A stretch of DNA of 64,000 nt from Lingula anatina (Eukaryota > Animalia > Brachiopoda): assembly GCA_051362555.1 (NCBI GenBank), contig CM120645.1:18476001-18540000 (forward strand), in the 5' to 3' direction. Within the stretch, counting starts at the first letter, position 1; each line of letters begins with the position of its first letter. Position numbers and translations under genes: made by a program. Below the pieces are notes generated by a model. It had not been told where the DNA came from and ran no database searches. It saw nothing but the letters and a program-made list of their open reading frames with translations. Positions 53,693 through 64,000 of the stretch are shown piece by piece.

Positions 53693-54013
53693 AATAAAAA
53701 GGATATTCATTATCAAAAATGTTTGTGAATATTTCAGACAACTTTGTGCCCATGAAATGTACTGTATGTACTTAAAGTGTCGACATGTGACGCTACAGGA
53801 TAGTCTGTTCAAACGCTCTCGTGAACAACACTGTGCACGTAAATGCACTGTACACACACTTAGAATGTGAGGACAGAAAGTTCCCGATTCCTCATTTTTT
53901 GTTCACATGTACCTGTTGCAGTTTTGGTAGTCAGCAGTCTCACCGTCTCATCGTACATCGGGACTCGTTCCTGCATTAACTCTTCTTCTCGTGTGCTTAT
54001 TCGCATTCAATAA
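53693..54013 (+). terminator. Candidate polyadenylation signals of the GABA transporter gene
   Basis: AATAAA at 53693 and 54008, 0.9-1.2 kb after the stop codon and before the convergent gene; usage not verifiable. Confidence 0.35.
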
Positions 54014-54271
54014 AGGCACATATGAATCCGTCTGTGCACTTTCATACTTTCTTTAATGAATCTAAAAGATGTTGTCCATTTCATATTGCCTGCGTCCCAG
54101 AGTAAAAAATTGAAATGCTCCTACTAGGTGAGATGATGAAATGTTATAGTTCTGTCGTAAATGGACGTTTGAAAATGATATTTGCTTTGAATAAATCAAT
54201 CCAAAGAACTTAAGTGCATGATTTGCCGCGGACATAAATAAATGCTTCAACTTTTTTGTCGAGGTTTTGTC

Positions 54272-54447
54272 TCACATCTCAGGAGGCTTTGGTACATATC
54301 TCTCACTTTTTCTTTTGAAGTGATTTTTTCTACATCTGTGGCAGATATATAAAGCTCCAGGGATCGTGATAGGTGGCAGTATCGTCAAGAGGATCCCAGT
54401 GGCAAGGAGGCTGGAGTCCCCGCTTCCGTAAAGTGCCAACAATAGGC
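54272..54447 (-). CDS. Terminal exon of an unknown small membrane protein
   Basis: Minus-strand acceptor ataatttcAG, phase 1; GLLLALYGSGDSSLLATGILLTILPPITIPGALYICHRCRKNHFKRKSERYVPKPPEM*: hydrophobic helix followed by a Cys/basic stop-transfer tail. Confidence 0.55.
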
Positions 54448-54769
54448 CTGAAATTATAGACATATAAAGAGTTATCTATGTAAGCTGTTTTCAGTATAAA
54501 TGTTTCATCCCAGGCGGTACATTGAACAACGTTTTAGTCAGAATGTGTATGCCATACTGCATTATTTAACAGTGCATTTTAACAATTAACGGTGGGAATT
54601 TTTTTGTTTGTCTCTTCTTTACAAATGTTGATTGTTCACTAGAAATTCGCTAGAAAACTTCTTATTTATCTTTTAAACAAGGATGCTTTTGAAACATTCC
54701 CTCTGAGGCAACACAAACCATCACCAAAACATTAAAATGCACGTTTGTATTTGTTTGAACCTTGCCTGA

Positions 54770-55642
54770 AGCCTCGGTCACAACCGGACGGACGGATTTT
54801 AGGATGCGGTAGAATCCGTGGAGTTCGTAGAGGTTGATGAAAGTTTGCAACGGAAAAGCACAAGTCTGCCTTGCGAGTCGCAGGGGCCACGTGAGATGTC
54901 CTTTCAAACAGGGGCGCTAATTGTAAGGTGCGATGGCCCTGGAAACTGTACTCATTTCTTGAGCTTGTCTTGTTACCTGCGCACGTGGCACGCACTCATC
55001 ATTTATGAAGAGAATGCAACGCACGGCGAAAGTAGTTCTCTTTTGCTTCACACTTGCCTCACACGCTTGTAATGACGTACTGACCGTGTACGTTGGTTTT
55101 GCCTCCTGTTCTCCCCTTCTTTCTTTTTCCTCCTCCCTTCTTTTGTGCTCTCTCAGCTTCTTTCCCTTGCCTTGTGGAGGCATTTGAGAAGCTGAATTGA
55201 GCGAAATTCGAATTTTTTAAAAATTGTTGTACATGTTGCACAATCGACGTTAATTGTCGAGGCACGAGTGTGCATCGTGAGCACACTTTTATACTCCTGG
55301 CCTGGGGTGATGCATGTACGACGCACTCCCGCCGTGCTTTCGACTTTGTTCGTGCACCGCACTCAACACGCAAAGGGCACTTGCTCCTTCATTGCTTGCG
55401 ACGTGCGTCTTGGACCACGCACGTCTCACTTTCGAACTTCTCGCGAACTCCTAGGGAGGGGAGCAGGTTACGCTGTTTGCAGATTATTCGTAGAAACTTT
55501 TGAACATGTCCAACATCCTCCGTACGTGCTTACGGGTTGTCTGCAAAACTACAAATCTCAAGAAGGACTTGCGCGGCACATGCGATTCTGCGCAAAATTT
55601 GGACGCAAAAAGGCCGTAAGAGCCCGTACGGCCGGTTGTGAC
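54770..55642 (-). mobile_element. Non-autonomous PIF/Harbinger-like element, copy 2 (nearly full length)
   Basis: Left TIR AGCCTCGGTCACAACCGGACGGACGG; right end CCGTACGGCCGGTTGTGAC, cut short at the following MITE; similar to 4881..5511. Confidence 0.78.
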
Positions 55643-55644
55643 TA

Positions 55645-55778
55645 CCCTCTACCAGGGCAACAGATTGATTTTCCACAGATGTTCACAGATATGTCTATAG
55701 ATAAATAGACAGTCAATTTGGCTCTCAGTCGATTCAGCAAAAAATGTCCACAACAATAACTGCAGCCCTGGTAGAGGG
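55645..55778. mobile_element. 134-bp MITE with TA TSD (Tc1/mariner-type target)
   Basis: TA|CCCTCTACCAGGGC ... GCCCTGGTAGAGGG|TA, perfect 14-bp TIR. Confidence 0.8.
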
Positions 55779-56043
55779 TACATGTAGCTTGTGAACGAGA
55801 CTTTAGCAGTCAGCTGCATTCACAGCAGTTCTAATAAACACGTACAAGTATTAATATAATGCAATGTGATCTGCCATCAATCACAGCTCCAGCAACCAGA
55901 TATTGTTCTAATGTACTTTCCTCTAAAATCTGTTTAAAAGATTCATTTTACAAACAGAAAACCAAGTCAAGATTCTCATTGAATTTTTGGTAGGAAATTA
56001 TTCCGCCGAGAATCTTAGCAGACTTATGAAATAGGGGCAAGGG

Positions 56044-56209
56044 CAGGGGCGGATCCAGAGATATTTTCTGACAGTCTTTCTAATTATCTTTGTTAATCCG
56101 TTCCTAATTTCTGACCGTTTACCGAAAAAAAATTAGATACCCGTCAATGTAAACTTGAAAATCTGACCGTCTTCCGGAAGACCCAGAAGACGCCCTAAAT
56201 CCGCCGCTG
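56044..56209. mobile_element. 166-bp MITE of the CAGGGGCGGATCCAG type
   Basis: AAGGG|CAGGGGCGGATCCAG ... CTAAATCCGCCGCTG|AAGGG: imperfect TIR and possible 5-bp TSD; the same terminus occurs at about 19069..19083. Confidence 0.65.
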
Positions 56210-59200
56210 AAGGGCACGCTAGTGAAGTCTGGCTACTGACTGGCGATTTGATTTGCTCAGATCCCATCGCACTGCAAGCACCATCATCCCAAGCACGCCG
56301 CAGCTAGAGACATTTCGGTAAAGTAAAGTGAAGGCTTGAAAAATTTTATAACCAGTTTCAGTATGTCAACAGAAACTTAGCATTACAATGAATTTATCAG
56401 GAAGAGGCTACATGACGTTCATACAGTACTTATGTAAGTCTCAGAGCAAATTCAGCTCATTTCGTAACGGTGTTTTCAAAAGACACACAATTAGATAAAG
56501 GATTCATAAATATTTTAACCCTGTAGTGCCTGTAGTCAACAGAAAAAAATCCGAGGTCGTTTTTCTGTTACATTTTGTATTTATCATTAGAACGTTGTTC
56601 AAGATAACGGTGAACTTGTTGTCAATACCACTAGTATATTGATTTGTACACAGTAACTCAAACGTAAAACCCAATGAGAAGGGCTCTCCAAGGAAAAGCG
56701 CTGATACGGACTGCCTCACCTGTCCTTTGAATTATTAAAAACTCATACACAACAACAGACCGGTAATATTTTTCTATTCATTTTCTGCTGATGGAAATAA
56801 TCAACATCTAGATTTATACGAAAAGGGGATCAATACAAGCTGGGTAATTAATTCATGTGAGTGGTTACGTATTTCACTCTTTTCGATAAGCTGATTCTTA
56901 ATTACGTCATGTTTTCAATTCCTATAGAAAAAATACCACTTTTATTGTAGCCTGTGGTAGGGGAAATAGTGACACTTTTAAAGACAGCCGTCTTCAGCTT
57001 TAGGTGCACAAACACACCACTGCTGCGTCACGGTCACTGTTATTCTTTGTGAGGCTTTATGGTGACTACCTTTAATACAAACCACTATTTGGAAGAAGAA
57101 TTGTTAGGTTTTTGCACTGATTTTCCGCCATAACACTGTGGGGCCCAGGGGTAACCTGGGGTTTTGCATCCCCCACTACCACCCTTACCCTACCCTCTCG
57201 GCTTTCTACTTCGGAAAAAAAAAGATAATATTAAAATGGCGGATTCAGCTCCCTTCCATGTTGACAGTGGTAAAAAAACTGAATATATATAGCAATTTAC
57301 CACGATTTGCACTATTTTCAGAACATTTCTCTCAACTGAGTGAATGGTATTCTATCCGACAAAACAGAAACTGCATTTCACGACAATTGGGCCGAGATTT
57401 GGTGCACAGTACTCGTTATACCCATCAATAGGTTGTAGGCTCCACTGCCAGCAGAAATCAGGGTCGCGACAATAACAACCACGTCTTTTAAGGTTTCTTT
57501 GTTTGAAGGAATAAGGTAAGCGGTACTCAAACATTTCGAAAAACAAAACCAATTTTTAAGTTGAAACAGAGTCCTGTGCACTACCAAACCATGCTATGGT
57601 GGTCTTTGAGGCTCTCCCTATACGTACCCAATGGTAAAATGACGCACACATAGAGCACGCCTATCGCTCCGTACACACAACCTGGCACACAGCACAGCCC
57701 GCCACACAGCCCACTGTATGCTGGAAAGGCAAAAAAAAAAAAAAAAAAATCAGTAGATATATGATTTGATTTCAGTTGGTTTTGATATGGACATGTATGT
57801 AAAGGAGTGCAAATAAATATTTAATAAAACGTAGACACACTGTAGCATAAGCAAACTGTCAATCGATGAATAATAATTAATATCTACGTTTTACAAACTA
57901 AATAGTTTCATTATAGTGCTCGTATTGATCCACCTTTATGTTTTCGATTATCTACAATGAAAATTCATTGAAAAAATGTCGTTCTCCGGGTTTTTGGTAG
58001 TACCTTTCTTCCTACTGGATTTTGTATTTTACACAAGCTATAACTTGCTATTAAGTCGCAACGGCATTTCATTTTAGTTATGAAAGCTTTAACCCTGCTC
58101 ACAATTTGCATTTTACATGAATTATCTTTACATTTAGCTTGTTTAACACTTTCATTGGTTTTAGCTAAAGGAAGAGTGAATTTTCTCTAAAGCGAAATAC
58201 TATATCGTATTTTTGCACAGCCATTCGTTCGCCTATAGTGTTTTCAATGATCTTGGTTTCAAGCTCTACCTTTGGTGGAGCGGTCCTGTCCCTCATCTGG
58301 ATCTTCAAAGTCCGTGAAAGCTTCTTTTTCTGGAACTATAGGACAAACTTTGCAATTTGTCGTCGTCATCAGGTGTTTAAAAGACCTAGAACAAACGGCA
58401 CTGTCATCATGTTGAAAAACAAACGCAGAGGCAACTGATTCTTGACTCCAGGAAACTAGGAGTTAAAGGGGCTGTGGGTTTGCACGCGATTTGTTGACTG
58501 TCTCCATGTTGGTTTAACATAATCAATGCTAGCCGTCAGAGTGCATGTTTGTACTCGCTAGCTGTCCTCGTCCCTGTCTCTCTTCAGGAGCCTCACAGCG
58601 TATGGGAATGATAAACCAATGATAAATGTGGTTATCAATATTAACTTCAACTGAGACAATTGATTTGATTTTGTTCAGTTGCTATATATTTTATTACTTG
58701 GAGGGACTGAACAGTAACAAACAGACGGGAAATTGAATATTGTCACGTAACACTGATTTGCATTAGACGATACAGAACTTGCTATCTACATATCAGAAGA
58801 GATATATTAATTTCCAATAGTAGTCTGATGAAATAATGGAAATAGATCTGCAACAGACACGGGTATCACGTAAGTTAACGTATTGCACCTTTCCAACAAT
58901 GAGGTTTTAGAATATTTTAATGACATGCATTGGGGGAACACCATGGCGAGTGAGTTCAAGCATCTGTCTATCACTTTGGTATTACATGTCTAAATGTCAT
59001 GAATAAGTATCTATCTCTTTAATCCGTTTCGATCAGCAAGCAGTTTTAATGGGGCACAGGCAAGGCCTTCAGATCAACGCAGTGATCTCTTCAACTTCCA
59101 ATATAAATGTGCATTTAGCCACTGGTTACTGTGTAGCAGGTTAAATGAAACAATATCATGTTGATATTATTTAATTAACGAATGATTATACATTCTCAGA

Positions 59201-60285
59201 TTCTTTTCAGGATTTTTAGATTTCAAAAATATGTTGCTTTATAGGCTAGGGATGTGTGTAGCTATAGGATGTACAGAAAATCGTTCTCTGTAAATAGAGA
59301 TGCAAAAAACTAATTATATTATAGTTATCATTGCTACATTGTTTAATCTTAAAGAAAAATCAGTAAGCAAAGTGTTATATATTCTTGTTTGAATGCGTCT
59401 TATACAAACAATAACCAAGTCTCTCTCTCTCTCTCTCTCTCTCAGAGACGGTCTTACTTAAATACACAAATCACCCCTGTATCGAACCTGAGGTCCTACT
59501 AAATATTTACTTACATTGACTATAATATTATATTGATGTTTTGCCACACAGTTACAATGCCCAATACGCTGTATAAGCAATGAGAGCTGTGCCTTAGTTA
59601 TTGGAATTGTTCCTATGTCGGAGTGAGTATGCTGCAGTTCACATCAACTACTGTACATTGGGCCGGCCGCCGATATCATTTCTTTAGGCTATTGATAAAG
59701 TCGCGGCTCTCTTCACGAGGTTATAGGAAACATTGATCTATGCTGAGTTCAGCATGGCATATTCTCAAGACACTGATTTATCACCTAATGGATGCGTTAC
59801 GTAATTTACGCTTTTGAAGAAAAAAAATGTCATTATCTGATAGAATTGGTATTTAGAAAATTAACATATCATCGAACTGCGTAGATTGATGTAAAAGCAT
59901 CACTGAGTTCGGTTCTCTATGTTCATCATTATCATCATTCATATTAATTGTCGCTGCGTGGGGCACCAAATAAGCCTCATTTAGTTCTCGGTATATCAGT
60001 CGAATACCCTAGGAAAACGATTGACATGTCAATGTGCCTTTAGTTTTATGACCTCCGGAATGCTCGCGATATTATTAGATAGAAAGCATCTACCCTTTGA
60101 CATCAGGGTGTAATACGGGGCTCCTAAAATAATATACAGATTTACACTGTGAGCTATTGAATTTTCTTGTAACAGACTACTAGCGCACCCTGTGGCCAGA
60201 AAGTAGAAACACTAGTACCAGAGCAAGAGGTAATATTGGGTCCTAGAGGTAATTAAGGCGGTTCCAGTTCAGAAATGAGGAGATT

Positions 60286-60352
60286 ACCACCACCACCACC
60301 ACCCCCCAACCACCACCACCACCACCGCAGCACCAACCAACGCACCACCAAC
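60286..60352. repeat. Imperfect (CCA)n repeat
   Basis: Visible accaccacc run. Confidence 0.85.
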
Positions 60353-61371
60353 GCAATCTGCTTACATCTTTTACTTTACAATTTTGTGATTTCTGTTTTT
60401 GCAGCACTCATTGGCGAGAGAACACCCTAACCCAGCAAGATTAACACTGCCTTGGGAAGATGGGTACGGTATTTTATAAAATGCATGGCAATCTGGGCTT
60501 TATCGAAGTAGCGTACCCGGCCTTCCCAAGACACTTAGAACTTTGCCTTGGCACTGTTACTAAAATTATCAATTCCCATCACTCTTACATGGCTTCCTTT
60601 AACAACATGAAACTTTATTTTCAGTCATTTGGAGAAAAGCGAAAAACAACAACAAAGAAACTAAGAAGCCGTGGCCAACCACTACCGACTCTCTCAAAGC
60701 ATTCAGCAGCAATAGAAAACTGCCCTACTAGACTACGTGACCCTCAGCGACTGCGGTTTACTTAGTATCCCGGCAACGTGAGCACGTCAAAGCATTATAT
60801 CATCTTCCACGTTAACTGACGTAATACATCCTCTAAAAGTTTTTACACATCCTTTTTATTTATATTCTCATTAATATTATATATCTTTTTGTCATCTATA
60901 AAATGCAACAGGCAGTGACGTGTGTAGACGTCTAAAACTACTTCGACTTGGCCATATTTGACTGCAGATTACTTTCAAACATGCATTTTCAATGGGTTCT
61001 TCATTTAAATTCACTAAACCACGATCCGTGAATTTAATATTTCAAAACATAACAAGGATAAATGTTTTTTTTTTATTTCCTTCGGCCCTGGTTGTTGAAA
61101 AAGACAATAGTTAGAAATGGCGGGAGCTCATCGACGAGCTTGTACATTTGTCTTGAATTAGGTCGCACAGTTGGTGCCTGCATAGATCTCCACTAGGTTT
61201 GACAACGGGTGTGAACAAACTCGTGTTAATTTCTCTAGCATCAGATCCTGCTTCCTTATTCAGAATTTCTCAATGTAAACAACACATGGGGCAGGAAAAG
61301 CACACTGGGGCTAAGTGCTTCATTACACTGACTGTTAACTGACACATTTCAAGAGACCGCTGACGCAAAAG

Positions 61372-61756
61372 ATGGTCGAATTCAAGAAGCAATGGCGTAG
61401 TACCATAACCACGGTGATGTTACTTCTGTTTATAATACTATTCATTATAGAGACTATAGAGTCATCCAGGCCTCTTCCTCAGAGAGGGCGCCCCAGACCA
61501 GGCTATGGCAGCAGACAGTTACCCAGGGCGGCAGACAGGGGGCGTGCCGCGGGCCACTGCCGTCCCGAGGATTGCGTGTGGGGGGACTGGCAAGCCTGGG
61601 GCGCCTGTACCAGAGCTAACATGAGGGGACGTTCACGGGTCATGATAACGAGGGCGCGGTGTGGTGGGCAACGCTGTCGTGGACCAGGGACACAGACAGA
61701 GAGGTGCTCCTCAAGTCCTCAGAGTGACGGAATCATAGATCCTGCTTTTTGTGAAG
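61372..61756 (+). CDS. First coding exon of a secreted or membrane protein with a spondin-type thrombospondin type-1 (TSP1) repeat; gene incomplete
   Basis: Hydrophobic signal VMLLLFIILFIIE, Arg-rich linker, then DCVWGDWQAWGACT...RGRSRVMITRARCGGQRC.G...QTERC (WxxWxxW and RxRxR TSP1 motifs); phase-1 donor GAAG|GTACAG. Confidence 0.82.
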
Positions 61757-63497
61757 GTACAGTCGTTTTGTTTAGGACCACAGTGTGGTCGATGTCCTTT
61801 TATTACTACTTGATCCTTAATTGTTGTTTTAATGAAATTCAAGTCAACCTATTATGTCCAAGGGAAATGTAATATAATTTGAAGTGAGAAGCAAGCCAAA
61901 CATGCCGGACAGGAAAGACAGGTAGCTCGAGCTCCTTCTCCCTCTCCCCATCTTTAATGAATGTATTTGTATCATTCTATGTTCCTGTGATGTAAAACGT
62001 ATATTACTATGTTTTATTGTTACTACTGTAGGCCTACTTTTAAGTTTAACTAACTTGTTGGTGGCAACACGAAATTCAGTTTGCGATCAGAATCCCAGTG
62101 TCTTCAAGCAGCTAACGTAATATACGTGCATCACATCATAGTGTATCAAGCCGCACATGATATTCAAACGGATACGGCCAGTTTCATTCTATTTTTTGAA
62201 ACATAAAAAACGGAAGCGTGTTATATGGCACGTAATGTCCACCAAAAATAAGTGCCGGGTTACAGGGGCGTGTTTCTCTGCGCCATAGAAGTGTGAAAAA
62301 TCGGAACGGAAGCATGTTTGTTAATTGTAATATGGAAATCTGTGCTCTTTCTTTATATGAATTGCGGTGATATATGAATTATGCATATATAAATATAAAG
62401 CATGGTTTCAGAAATTATAATAAGATCAATGAAAAATAACTATATATACACCTGGAAATAAAAATATGATATTACATTCAATAAGTGAATGAAAGAATAA
62501 ATTAAGGGTAATTAAGCGTTCTGATGTGTGTTTGAGTTGCTAGAGGAGCTGTGCAAATCTGCTTGAAAAAAAATACAGTTTCTATCTGATTCCGCGCAAC
62601 TGACAAGCTGTTATTGTAACTTTATTATTTATCTATATACTAACATTCCTGCACTTCCTAAAAAGTCACCTTTGATAGCCGCTTTTACGGACAGAGAAAG
62701 ATCATGATGCACTCCTTCTGTGACAATTTAGTCTTCATGAAATATATTAAAAGTAGCAGACTCAGTCTAAGGAGAGACTATAGATACTAGAGACTTCATA
62801 TGTATTTTGCCCTAGCAGAAGGTTAGACGCACTGGTACATGCAAATATTCAGATTCGACGCCAAGGGATAAATAGTAGCTATTAATACGACAGGTGAAGG
62901 TCCGTCTTTCTTCAAAGAATAATATTAAGCTAGCTATCATGCTCGTAAAAAAAAACTTGCCTAAACATAATTTTGACTCTGAAAACCTGTGGGTGTTTGG
63001 AAGGCTCTTGCACACTTTTGGGAAGGTGAGAGTAGGCCACGTGAATTTATGACCGTGCGTTTCGTGCGTCTTTATTAACACCGGCAGGATGGGTTTAAAT
63101 ATCATACACAAGTGCTTCAATTCTCACTGAAAATCCAAGGAGAACATGTAAAGTTCCGATATAGATTACTTCTGCATTGATAAAGACCAAATACAATTAC
63201 ATTAGAGGGGAATTAGGAAAGCACATTACAAGGCTGGAGTGGAATTAAAATAGCTTTGATCCACGCAGATTAGTAAGCACACAAGAAAAAAAATGTTTTT
63301 GTAATTTATCACATACAGATAATTTTGGGAATAATCATTTCTCAAAAGAACATCTAACAAAGTAATTGAAATATTTTGGAATGCATTTGATACTGCACGT
63401 GGTATTTACAGCGCAACACGCCCGCACCTACATTACGAGGCCTCTGAATTAGTGAAAGTTCATTTTAAAAAATTACATTGTATATAGAAATACTTAC

Positions 63498-63558
63498 CTG
63501 TGTTTGGGCTCTCGTCGTTTAGCTTGGTGTACGTGTCCGACCTGTCCAAGTCACTCAT
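63498..63558 (-). CDS. Candidate first coding exon of a minus-strand gene
   Basis: ATG at 63558, MSDLDRSDTYTKLNDESPNT, consensus donor CAG|GTAAGT (phase 1), TATAAA about 40 bp upstream (63596..63601). Confidence 0.45.
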
Positions 63559-64000
63559 ATCGCTGCCGTTGTGGTGTCATCGGACTGGTCAAGAGTTTAT
63601 AAATCCAGTGTCCGCTCACAAAACTACTGAAATTTCAGCACAGAAGGCTATGTTCCTTTGAAGCATTAAGGTGGTCTTCTTACTTGTAACGCTACCTGAT
63701 CAAATAGTTTTAGATTCTTATTCCCGATTATTGGTGTCGGTATTGATTATTTGACTCTGTGGTAAGACGTTATTGTGTGGTGTTTTGTCGACGTTCACTC
63801 GTTTTCTAAATTGATTTTTCCACCGCTCCATCACGCGAGCTTTAGATTGACCCCCAGACTCCACCCCGCGTTCGTATGAATAATTTACGTAATCATGAGA
63901 CTTGATCAACACTCGGAAGTTAAGGTGATCAACAAAAAGACAAGAAGAAAATAAACAACTGTTTTTTAAATACATTGAGTAGACTTAGATCATACAGTGA

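Noticed and set aside
55268-55708. 146-aa ORF and neighbouring ORFs
   Set aside because: They lie inside two adjacent MITEs and cross their junction; no transposase motifs.
1-64000. Prokaryotic-type systems (CRISPR arrays, operons, rRNA, intact tRNA genes)
   Set aside because: The window is spliceosomal-intron eukaryotic DNA; no regularly spaced repeat-spacer array, rRNA or full tRNA cloverleaf was seen.

Overview
AT-rich, intron-containing animal genomic DNA, probably from a marine invertebrate; the taxon cannot be fixed from the sequence. All gene models were built by hand from GT-AG junctions with reading-phase checks. Genes: the last exon of a GPKOW-like gene (+); two minus-strand Golgi sulfotransferases (Gal3ST-like, 2 coding exons; CHST/Sulfotransfer_2-like, 3 coding exons); a 15-exon CNBD2-like cyclic-nucleotide-binding gene (+); a complete GAT-1/SLC6A1-like GABA transporter (+); a signal peptide + TSP1 exon (+); and pieces of a small minus-strand membrane-protein gene. 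The rest is MITEs, Tc1 and LINE remnants and microsatellites. Main findings: (1) the GABA transporter has two tandem 113-nt copies of its EL4/TM8 exon that differ mostly at synonymous sites and cannot both be included in frame, pointing to mutually exclusive splicing; (2) a young 614-bp element with perfect 77-bp TIRs and an 8-bp TSD carries a RecQ-helicase motif fragment; (3) TACATGTA and related TA-NNNN-TA palindromes are strongly over-represented and resemble Tc1/mariner excision footprints.
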